A stretch of DNA of 64,000 nucleotides from Podarcis muralis. Lineage: Eukaryota. Within the stretch, counting starts at the first letter, position 1. Every line of letters begins with the position of its first letter. The DNA lies in the NCBI RefSeq assembly GCF_964188315.1, contig NC_135670.1, positions 1,240,001 to 1,304,000 of the forward strand, read 5' to 3'. Below, piece by piece: positions 47,701 to 56,080 of this stretch. Under the pieces are notes generated by a model. It made no database searches. It saw only the letters and a list, made by a program, of their open reading frames with translations, and was not told the DNA's origin. Both the position numbers and the translations under genes were made by a program.

Positions 47701-50700
47701 GGACATAAGCTTTGTAAATTTGGGTGATGTATATATGCAGTTGGGATGCCAGGAATAGAACAGTGAGTCGAACAAGAAAGAAAGTANNNNNNNNNNNNNN
47801 NNNNNNNNNNNNNNNNNNNNNNNNNNNNNNNNNNNNNNNNNNNNNNNNNNNNNNNNNNNNNNNNNNNNNNNNNNNNNNNNNNNNNNNNNNNNNNNNNNNN
47901 NNNNNNNNNNNNNNNNNNNNAAGGTCAGCTAGTGTGCTGATTTATAGGAAATTATGTCATACGGATTGGCCAGTAACGGTTGATTGATTGAATACTGTGT
48001 TAAGGTGATAAAAAAAAGCGTTTTCCATTTCAAACAATGCAGATCATGGATTATGTTTCTAAAGCCTTAAGAAAGAAAGTCAATCCCTGTACAGGCAATG
48101 ACTTTCTAACTGGCATTGGCAAATCTTTCTAATTGGCATTTATGGATATTATGTTTAGAGAGGAAATGCTTATCTCCACTGTAGCACTCAGTTCTTCCCA
48201 TACTAGTACTGGTTGCTTTGTAACTTTATTCTACTGATTCAATTAACATTAGCAAATGTGATTTTTGTAAACCTTTGCATGAAATCAAAACACAAACCTC
48301 CCTCGGCAAACAGGGTAAGAATGTTTTGGACAAATCTCTCACCAGCAAATGTCTATACACTTAACTTACTTGTGGCATCTTGTACATGGACAGGACAGCT
48401 GACATGTAGAGACATAAGTCGGAGTTTGGTCCCCCAACGGCTGCTACTGGAGTGCTCTCACCATCACACTTGTAGTTGGGGGTGAGTCTGCCCCGTCCAG
48501 AGAGGAGTTCCACTGAGGCATGATAAGTCCATCCTGCGGTGAAATGGCTGTTATATATGTGGCAGCCCAGTGTGACATTGGGTAAGATATAGGGGTTTTC
48601 ATTGATCTCCTCTACAGCAAATACAAAGGCCATAATGTGCTGGTAGAGTTGTGTCACTGACCTGGAAATGAGATTCATATATAAAAATGCACAGAACTAA
48701 ATTAAACCAGAGGTGAATGAAATTGATGGCAGCTTTTGACAACAAAGAACTGGCAAGAGTGAGAGATGAAACTATGGCAAAGCTACAAGGAGCAACTGAT
48801 GAGCTGGAAGAACTCACTTGATGAATTGGGAGAATACAGGCATATGGAGAAATGAAGCAACTCAGTGATAGAGCTGGGATTCTGGGAAACATAAACGAGG
48901 TTATAAATGGAGACATGGAGAGATTTCTGGACATCTATGGAATGGAGAGAGAAAGAGCTCTCCCTACGACTTGGAGTGATTAAATCCCTGGCATGCTTTG
49001 TGGGGGGAAACAAAACCAGAAGAAATGTAAATGTAAATGGGATCAGGCTGGAAAAACATAGCAAATACTACAAGAAGTGGAAATTGAAGGTAAAGAACTG
49101 AGTGTGGAGCAATATATATTGAATATTGTCTTAATGTATGTTCACAGATGTGATACTCTTATACATACAGAGAGGGAAAGATTTATCGTTATTTAATATG
49201 GAGGTATGCTTGCTGAAATTGGTGGAGGCAAAGCTGGTATGTTTAGCTACTGAAAAACTATTGCTAACTTTTAGCAATATTATAAATTGGGAACCGTTTC
49301 TGGACTTGTTTGAAATTGAAGGTGAACACACAATAACTGGATTTCAAGATTGGAAAAATACTGGTTTATGGGTACTGGAATACTTGAATGTTGTGGAGTG
49401 AATGTTCTGAATCATTCTTTTTATGTAACTGACAGACAGAATCTGAAGCCCTTTTATTTTATTTTTTCCTGTTTTTCTTTCTTTTCTTTTCTCCTTTCTT
49501 TTTCTATAAAGATATCTAGCTGTCTCAAAAAGATCAAAGGCTTCAGGGTATAAGAAAGGAGATTCTGACTAAACATCAGGAAGAGATTCCTGATGGTAAA
49601 AACTCTTCAACAGGGTAACCGACTCCCTTGGAAGGTTGTGGACTCACCTACATTGGTAGTTTTTAAGCAGAATTTGGATGGCCATCTGTCATGGATGCTT
49701 TAGTTGAGATTCCTGCGTTGCAGGGAGTTGGACTAGATGACCCCTGGGGGTCCCTTCCAACTCAACAATTTTATGATTCTATTAATATATGCACCCAGTG
49801 TAGGAGAATGTTTGGTAACATTGGCAGACAAATATGGATGTGTTGTTCCCATGAGCAGGAGGACATATGCATTCACATCACTCAACTATACATAGCAATA
49901 CTTTAGTTACTACTGAACTCTGGAAAACTCAAAAAATAGAATGTGCTTTTCTTATATTAATTGCAATTTATTTTGAGTTAAATCCTGAGATATTTTGTAA
50001 TTAAGGTTGTGCATTTGGAAATTTCACATATTCATCACACATTTACATGTGTCTCAGAGTCATGCTTCCCACAGCAATGTGCATGTATTTTTCTAGGGCA
50101 GAAACTTAATATACCATTGTTGTTGCTACTAATATTATTACTTTTGTTACTACAAGTCCTAATCCCATTACTGTTGCTGTTGCTGCTGCTTGTACAAATG
50201 ATAAGAGCAGGGGGAAGATTTTTAAAATGAGTTGAGGACATCGTAGTTCTCATTATTCTAAGGATAACCTAAAACTCACTATTTGAAAGTGATGAACCAT
50301 TCCTTTCAGCATAGGTGACCGATAAACAATAAATGAATCCAAAACTAAAAATGGGAAATATGGCGGGGGGGGGGGGAGTCTCTACACAAATAATGTGGAA
50401 AGTACTAAAAGCTGTTGATTTTGAAACAGAAATAGTTTAAAAGAGCTACTCACAGTTGTGTGTTTGCTCACTACGAACAGACACTGTTTATAGTTACCAA
50501 TATTGATTGAGCAAATTTACCCTCAACCATAAACACTGGAACTGTTAAAAGGGAAAAAATGGTGCATAATGATGAAATAATATAGTTAAAGCTATAGTTT
50601 TCCCTGTAGTGATGTATGGAAGTGAAGGCTGATTGCCGAAGAATTGATGCTTCTGAATTCTGGTGCTGGAGGAGACTCTTGAGAGTCCCATGGACTGCAA

Positions 50701-51332
50701 GAAGATCAAACCTCTCCATTCTGAAGGAAACCAGCCCTGAGTGCTCACTGGAAGGACAGATCCCGAAGCTGAGGCTCCAAGACTTTGGCCACCTCATGAA
50801 AAGACTCCCTGGAAAAGACCCTGATGTTGGGAAAGATGGAGGGCACAAGGAGAAGGGGGCAACAGAGGACGAGATGGTGGGACAGTGTTCTCGAAGCTAC
50901 CAACATGAGTTTGACCAAACTGTGGGAGGCAGTGGAAGACAGGAGGGCCTGGCGTGCTCTGGTCCAGGGGGTCACGAAGAGGTGGACACAACTAAATGAC
51001 TAAACAACAATATCACAAATGTGGAATATTTTGATTACAGGTGTATAATATGGTTAGCAAAGTACATCTCCTTACACATTGTCATCAAAGAGTTCAGCAG
51101 ATGGGGGCTCCTCGAAGGTTGTTATACTTGAAGCTATATAAAGCTGTGACATAACGCCAGCAATGATGAGGTCTCCAGACTGATAATATTGGTGAAGAAT
51201 AGGAAGAGGTTCCCAGAAGCAACATTGAGAAATAAGAACCTTGCATGCAACTGGTAGCAGCAGCAATAGTAACAAGTTTGCAAATAGTGCTATCTTGAAG
51301 GGGAAAATCTTAATTTCTTCCCATACTGTCAT
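34882..51332 (-). CDS. V2R gene D, 6-exon model (start codon uncertain; assembly gap in intron 2; Gypsy in intron 4)
   Basis: Exons 51332/51293-51076, 48661-48370, 46901-46041, 45289-45062, 36664-36538, 35783-34882 join in frame with GT-AG introns; no stops. Confidence 0.88.
36165..36413. mobile_element. Tigger-like MITE (relative at about 52740-52990)
   Basis: ta|cagtcatacctt ... gaggtacgattg termini; shared internal sequence with the inverted copy. Confidence 0.55.
36538..36664 (-). CDS. V2R gene D exon 5
   Basis: 127 bp, [11 protein letters not shown]...[18 protein letters not shown]|gtaaga. Confidence 0.92.
37258..37813 (-). repeat. 3' LTR (556 bp)
   Basis: About 98% identical to 42882-43436 by eye. 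Confidence 0.95.
37704..41759 (-). CDS. Gypsy pol (protease DSG, RT FLDD, RNase H, integrase HHCC/DDE, GPY, chromodomain-like, long tail)
   Basis: Uninterrupted ORF 37704-41876 (1390 aa); entered from gag at the GGGAAAC slippery site. Confidence 0.95.
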   Translation of the reverse strand, partial: GKRRSLVGGRGTGAQPGESVKQSPEILQPTDPLPPKPVVQLTASLQLPNGLTLEVPITIDSGSNADFVGVDFIRQHRIALLPATMPLNIVTVDGRELLGGQVVQQTPPMVMQIGNHREVISFNVTHLSDTPIVLGMSWLDRHSPALAWYQRQLTFCSSYCAEHCIRTSQEEEGQEDEPQLHLGMVQAVPNKYKAFLEVFCEKEADKLPPHRPYDCKIDLLPGATLPTGKLYSMSEDELQELREFIDHNLKRGFIRESRAVGGSPMFFVKKKDTPQRRLVVDYRIINSRTKPTAFPMPKIDDLLATVRKGRIFTKLDLRGAYNLIRMREGDEWKTAMFTPLGTYEYGVMPFGLQNGSHCFQAFMHHVLAGLLYKTCVCFLDDILIFSESQEAHEGDVKEVLQRLREHRLYAKLEKCQLNMTEVDFLGYKLSDKGLAMDSTKVRSVLDWKSPRNRKEVQKFVGFANFYRKFIKGFAMETAALTDTLSSKKKKFTWTDQAEQSFQRLKRLFASEEQLLHVNPSKPMRVETDASDRAVGAVLLQQDPQGDWRPCTFYSRKLSKSEQNYTIWDRELLAIHAAFKAWRHFLIGARHTVQVRTDHKNLEYWRTAQFLNQRHIRWAEFFADFDFRIEYIPGDNNVMADALSRKPQYLEEAAPVAAKHIFALKAWACASATVDLDAVRRALQTDSFAQSKMEEVRRGTAKDDEFQIRDGLLIRKGALYVPGDDLRAKVLQQLHDAPSAGHFGKDKTAELVARDFWWPKMRGEVTDYVSRCDTCQRAKPVHRKPAGLLEPLQTPLEPWEKVALDFVTDLPSSRGKTAVLVVVDLFTKMAHFIPCAKVATAEQTAKLFIDHVFKVHGLPRSILSDRGRQFISSFWQKLLGILNVKINLASARHPQTNGQAERVNAIMQQYLRCYANQQPSTWVDYLPLAEFAYNNTKHGSTGVTPFFANNGRHPRTFPGLETKGEGEPRGAEHLAAELQEVHEQLRRHLELAKHAYKMQADRHRRVGEDIQVGDWVWLAAQAVPARTLAKKKLRHKQLGPYQVEAQINPVAFRLTLPEGSRMHPVFHRSVLTPYKEPHRFQAPGNAPDPLSKSPTGEGSPRAAPLNEVTEILDSRWGEEGVEYLLAREGTPASTNRWVPYYAVEEHYLKDEFNALFPHRPMPADYFDDWLFTPTLSASTFQGFSSAEETAPETSSPEGSLSGFVTDRSYWWDNQPEVGWSRELLRGPLHAASPEVTGGGKDMDVLGEDPGFEHNCREMEAEEIDVDEPITGWPDPAGRLHTRGKERYPALTPTALEHPEPAPEEGEGGRGGFERGWMSGAQEQRHRRERKWRAKGKNLRAAEGRMTVTREIP
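41699..42776 (-). pseudogene. Gypsy gag, disrupted (frameshift in T-run near 42254-42260 and TAG at 42149-42151)
   Basis: ORF 42165-42776 (retrotransposon gag-like; [12 protein letters not shown]) plus ORF 41699-42100 with CCHC knuckle [14 protein letters not shown]. Confidence 0.88.
41700..41759 (-). promoter_or_regulatory. -1 programmed ribosomal frameshift signal (slippery heptamer + predicted pseudoknot)
   Basis: G GGA AAC at 41759-41753, 6-nt spacer, stem GCCTGGTTGG/CCAGCCAGGC, loop CACTG pairs with downstream CAGTG; pol is in the -1 frame. Confidence 0.8.
42882..43436 (-). repeat. 5' LTR (555 bp)
   Basis: TG...CA; AATAAA at 42954-42949 on minus. Confidence 0.95.
45062..45289 (-). CDS. 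V2R gene D exon 4
   Basis: 228 bp, [18 protein letters not shown]...WPNRFNQ|gtaaag. Confidence 0.92.
45769..46021. mobile_element. MITE with tagggttgccatat TIRs
   Basis: tagggttgccatat / atatggcaacccta; no clear TSD; 19 nt from the exon 3 donor of gene D. Confidence 0.7.
46041..46901 (-). CDS. V2R gene D exon 3
   Basis: ctttag|CTC ATC TAC GGC; ORF 45885-46880; donor SWQ|gtaatg. Confidence 0.94.
47787..47920. other. assembly gap (134 N)
   Basis: Run of n. Confidence 0.99.
48370..48661 (-). CDS. V2R gene D exon 2
   Basis: ttccag|G TCA GTG; [28 protein letters not shown]...YKMPQ|gtaagt; 292 bp. Confidence 0.93.
49130..49510 (+). mobile_element. degraded L1 ORF2 C-terminus / 3' UTR remnant
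   Basis: ORF 49138-49401 (LLKLVEAKL...NWEPFLDLF...GFQDW) resembles squamate L1 ORF2 ends. Confidence 0.45.
49545..49783 (+). mobile_element. older CR1 3' end
   Basis: aaacatcaggaag...gttggactagatgacc...ccttccaact...atgattcta, CR1 3' UTR and tail. Confidence 0.75.
50579..51009 (+). mobile_element. BovB 3' fragment (diverged, small internal deletions)
   Basis: ORF 50616-50999 matches the BovB C-terminus ([18 protein letters not shown]); actaaacaacaa tail. Confidence 0.88.
51076..51332 (-). CDS. V2R gene D exon 1 (homologous start is ATA at 51293; in-frame ATG at 51332)
   Basis: [18 protein letters not shown]...[16 protein letters not shown]; donor GT|gtaagg. Confidence 0.85.
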
Positions 51333-52281
51333 TTGACTGTCCCTGAATGACAACATCTGAGCAGAATAGCCACACATGTAGCTGACGCAAAGCCGGAATT
51401 ACACGATGTAAAAAAAACCAGTAATCAGACCGACAGAGCCCTGGCTCTCAGTAACACAGGTTGTGAATGACATTGGGGATATTAATAACACCCAGCAGTC
51501 TTGGTTCATAATTCTGCATTTGTCCACTGGAATTCCCTAGCAGCAATGAGAAGAAGTAGACGTAATTATGATTAATTTTGTAATTACAGGACAGACCATA
51601 ATCTGCCCTGGCTTTTAAGTTTTTTGTCACATTGCAAGAAAAAACAACATGTTTTTCATATCTCACCAAAGTCTTAACTGGCGCTCCTGAATGGGCGATC
51701 AAGAAAGTTATAATGAGAAACAGTGGAAACAACTGTGGAAATTGGGACCACACACATACACACAAGTTCTACAAATGGATAACCATTTTATAATAAACCT
51801 ATTTATTGATGTTGTATATAACCTTGAATAAATTCTAACAGGGCCATCTTTTCAAAACTTGAATACATTCATAATCCAAATTAAATATCCAATGTATAAG
51901 AGTTATCATATGTATTTCCCGATATGTATTAAGAGCTTCAATCAATTAAAATACAGCTTAAAATCAGATTAAGATCAAAGTAAAATCAGATGGCAGCCCT
52001 CCGGCCCAACTATTTATGCTGGTCTTATATGGGCTGCTTGGAAGAGCTAGGGAGGCCGCCTACATGCAGGGTCTTATAGAAGGTCCTTATAAAGGAGGGG
52101 GAGTCAGACTGGGCCCCAACCAAAGGCATGGCAGAGCAGCTCCGTCTTGCAGGCCCTGCGAAAAGATGTCAAATCCTGCAGGGCTCTGGTCTCTTGCGAC
52201 AGAGTGTTCCACAAGGCTGGGGCCAGGGGCTGCTGAGAATAGTAATAAATGCCTTGGAATTTTAAGAAAGAAATATCAATA

Positions 52282-52507
52282 CAGTGGTACCTCGGATTAA
52301 GTACTTAATTCGTTCCGGAGGTCCGTTCTTAACCTGAAACTGTTCTTAACCTGAAGCACCACTTTAGCTAATGGGGCCTCCTGCTGCCACCGTGCCGCCG
52401 GAGCACAATTTCTGTTCTCATCCTGAAACAAAGTTCTTAACCTGAAGCACTATTTCTGGGTTAGCAGAGTCTGTAACCTGAAGCGTATGTAACCTGAGGT
52501 ACCACTG
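52282..52507. mobile_element. Tigger-like MITE, 226 bp
   Basis: TIRs cagtggtacctc / gaggtaccactg, TA TSD; same family as 4570-5286. Confidence 0.88.
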
Positions 52508-52514
52508 TAAACCA

Positions 52515-53330
52515 TTTGCAATGTTCTTTTGGGACACAGAAAAGGCTTTTGATAATATATCTTGGGTCCTCTTAAAAAAAGTAATTGAAATCATGGAATT
52601 TGGAGAAAACAGGAAGAGCTATTACTGCCATATGTTCAGAACAATACGCAAATTTAATAGTAAATGGGATACTTTCCGAGAAATGTAGTTATGAAAGGTG
52701 CAATAGAAGGTTGCCTACTTTCACCACTATTGCTTATTTTGGTTGTAGAAACCTTATGAAGTCAAACTTCGGTTGCCAAATGCCTCCATTTTGGAATGTT
52801 TTGGCTCCCGAATACCGAAAACCCAGAATTAAGTCTTCCGGTTTTTGAACGTTTATCAGAAGCCAAATGTCTGGTGTGACCTCCGCTTGAGTGCAGGAAG
52901 CTCCTGCAGCCAATTGGAAGCTGCGCCTCAGTTGTCGAAGATTTTGGAAGCTGAATGGGCTTCTGGAATGGATTACGTTCAACAACCAATGTTTGACTGT
53001 AACGATAATAGTCTTTTAACCTTTCAATGATAATATATAATTATAAAATTGTTTATGTATGCAACAACTGCAGCAAGGATTGGAAAAATAAGTAGCATAA
53101 CAGATCTGAAAGACACATTTTGCTGGGTTTATGCTTTATGTAGAATGCTAAATGGGAGGAGTTCTGGAATCCCTGACATCACAAGGGAGGTGGTTCTTAG
53201 CCAGTGGGAGGATGTAGCACCCTTAAGAAGAAATTAGAGAAGAGATTGGTATATGACAGCACCAGGGTATCCAAACAGAAAAAGGTCTGGAGGGTGGAAA
53301 ACATTCATTATGAGCTGTGATATTTCTAGG
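52515..53330 (+). mobile_element. degraded L1 ORF2 (RT) remnant, interrupted by a Tigger-like MITE (about 52740-52990)
   Basis: Translations such as DTEKAFDNISW and ANLIVNG...GCLLSPLL match L1 RT motifs (DAEKAFD, QGCPLSP). Confidence 0.6.
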
Positions 53331-53759
53331 GTCCTATTCCAGGGCCAAAAGGTCACAAAGAGGGGAAATGGTCAGGAGGTTTATGAAACTACAGATCGTT
53401 TTTCTCTTTGAAATACTAGAACTCAGGTTCATCCAATGAAACTGAGTAGTGGTACATTCTAGGGCTGTCTACAGGTGCTCTCTTGCCAGTGCCCCCTAAT
53501 GGCTATTTGGCCAATGGCAACCACCAAACAAGCAAGAGGTTCTTTAGATTTCACTGGACAGACTCTTAGGTGGAGACAAACGTTTATTAATTGGTAAACA
53601 TTAGCAAAGAAATTCATCAGCAACATAGAATGGAGTCTAATATAAAGCCAACAGCAACTGGAATAAACTACAAAGTTGCAATATAACCAATAAGCAAAAA
53701 TTCTTAGGCAACAGTAATCGTAATACAGATAGAATAGTTCTACATGTTTCCCCAGCTGA

Positions 53760-54310
53760 TGGAGATTTGAAAGACTTATCTGGGACACTTCAGACTGGCT
53801 GATGGTCATTCTCTTCACATTCTGGGCCCTGGAGATCCTGGACCCCGGGGAGATCAGGCTGGCCTCCACCAGAGCCTGGACCTTTTCAGCCATGGCCCCG
53901 GCCTGGTGGAATGGTCTCTCACAAGAGACCAAGGCTCTGCAAGATATGACATACTTCCGCAGGACTTGCAAGATGGAGCTGTTCCACCAGGCCTTTGGTC
54001 AGGGTTCAGTCTGACTCATTTTCTCTTTGTATAAGAACAAGCACGAAGGAGGCTTCCCAGCCCGCTCACAGGTCCTTATAATATCAGTCAAAACAGTTGG
54101 TCCTGGCGTGTATTAACTGCTTTCAATTTTAACTTTAGGATCATCATTTGTCCAGTTTTAATTTTAATTTATTTGAATTAATTTTTGGATGCATTTTAAT
54201 TGATTGCTTGTTTTATGCATATTGTATTGTTTATATGATGTTAGCCTCTCTGAGCCCAGCTCCAGTTGGGGAGGGTACAAATAAAAATTTATTATTATTT
54301 ATTATTATTC
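53760..54310 (+). mobile_element. L2 3' fragments
   Basis: TRAWTFSAMAPAWWNGL / MELFHQAF similarity to L2 ORF2 end; att-rich tail. Confidence 0.55.
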
Positions 54311-55052
54311 TGGAATGGAACATAGAACAATGTATCATGATCTCCCCATCTCCTTCAGTTGCTGGCCCTTATATAGTCCATAGCTTAGGTCTCACGCCAC
54401 GCTGGCAACAGATGTAATTCATGATATAATTACATTCCCATCCTTTGATGTAATTATGTTCTCATCCTGTGTGGCCCTCATCCCACCCCCAAAGCCGTGG
54501 AAGAGGTGCTGACCATGGGAGGCCCAGCAGGCCTCAGGCCGTGCCAACCACGTGGCCCCAATCCAGCCCCGATGCCAGGAAGGAGGTGCCAGCCACGGAA
54601 AGGCCTAAGCCAGCCCCACCGTGGCCCCAGTCCCTTGCCTGGCCCCGAGGGGAAGCCATGAAGGTGAGGAACATTTACCTCACCAAGAGCGAAGTCCAGT
54701 GATGCATCCAGTAGGAAGAAAACAAAGCCCGTTGTCCTGCCGAGATGGGGGTGGGCGATGGCCAACCTGCACAAGGTGGGTGGCACCGGGCCAGGTAAGA
54801 CCCACGAGGTGTCGCAAACCCCGCCCAACTCCTGGAGGGGGTGTGAGCAGAATTTACGCTCCCATCTTTTCACTTCTCAAACAGCCACGTTCCTTATATT
54901 AAAGCTGCAGCTACATTGGAAACCAGGAGCACCACATTCTGTTTTATTCCCTGGCAATACAGGTGCCCTGCTCTGATTCATGGGCCCAGTTTGTCAATCC
55001 AAATCATGATCAGAAAATACAAGTCTTTGGCAATCCCATTTGCTAGCTCAGA

Positions 55053-55243
55053 TGAAGAAGAAGAAAAGAGGAGTTTGGATTTGATATCCCGCTTTATCAC
55101 TACCCGAAGGAGTCTCCAAGCGGCTCACAATCTCCTTTCCCTTCCTCCCCCATAACAAACACTCTGTGAGGTGAGTGGGGCTGAGAGACTTCAGAGAAGT
55201 GTGACTAGTCCAAGGTCACCCAGCAGCTGCAGGTGGAGGAGTG
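55053..55243 (-). mobile_element. Squam3-type SINE, 5'-truncated
   Basis: Reverse complement of the body and (CTT)n tail seen at 25892-26146. Confidence 0.82.
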
Positions 55244-55995
55244 GAGATGGCTTAAAAAAGGAATTAGACAAGAGCCCTCTTCGTTTCTTCTTTAAGCCAC
55301 AGCATCAGCTGTCAGGCTGGGTCTTTGCAAACAGAAAACAAAATGCCACGCCTGGAGAGCCTGTGTAACAGCTTCCCCTCTGCTTCTTTTCCAGTTCCAA
55401 CTCATGGTCTCCAAAGTCTTGCTAGATTCAATTGGATTTATATGCATCTCACTGAGACTGGATCTTGTACTCCATCTTTTATGATGATCAGGAGGTAGTT
55501 CTATAATTAAATGTATATACCTTCCATCAAGGGTGGGGAACATGTGACCCTCCAGATGTTATTGGTCTACAATGCCCATCACCCTCAACTATTGACCATG
55601 ATGCCTATAATGGAGGGCATTGGCACCCAGGAACATCTGAAGACCTCATAGATCCCACACAATCTGTCAAATGGTGAACATCTTACTGGAGTTCTGTAAA
55701 CTAGATGTCCAGGAGTTTAGAGAGGGATAGGATGCAAAATATGAATGTGCTATATTACCTTAAACAATTTTCAGAAATGCCTTGGAATCCATATAGAACA
55801 TCTCTTTTGGTTTAAAACTGAGACTGATCCAGCAGAAGAAAAAGAAAGGTGTTTCAGTTATACTGGACTCAATAACTTCTTGACTGATGGTCGCATACTG
55901 ATAGATGCCACTCTGTACCTAATGTGTACATAGTGTTATTCTACATTTGTTGTTGTCTTATTCTAGTTTGTTATTCCACAGACAAAACTGAGAGG

Positions 55996-56080
55996 ATGGG
56001 GAAGCCAGCGCTAGCAAAGCGTGCAGCATTCAGAAGACATGCAGTGTCCAGAAAGCGTAAAAGAAAAGAAAAGGAAACTG
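55996..56080 (+). CDS. C-type lectin candidate first coding exon (cytoplasmic tail)
   Basis: aggATGG good Kozak; [28 protein letters not shown]; donor G|gtgatc is weak; acceptor ttccacag at 55981. Confidence 0.4.

Noticed and set aside
47724-47987. ORF spanning the N run
   Set aside because: Artefact of the assembly gap.
54470-54850. GC-rich Pro-rich ORFs
   Set aside because: No termini, TSD or recognisable protein motif; cannot be classified by eye.
54885-55494. Candidate upstream lectin exons (54885-54962, 55395-55494)
   Set aside because: Acceptors are plausible but donors are weak or the phase does not fit, and the translations match nothing I recognise; they may be UTR exons.
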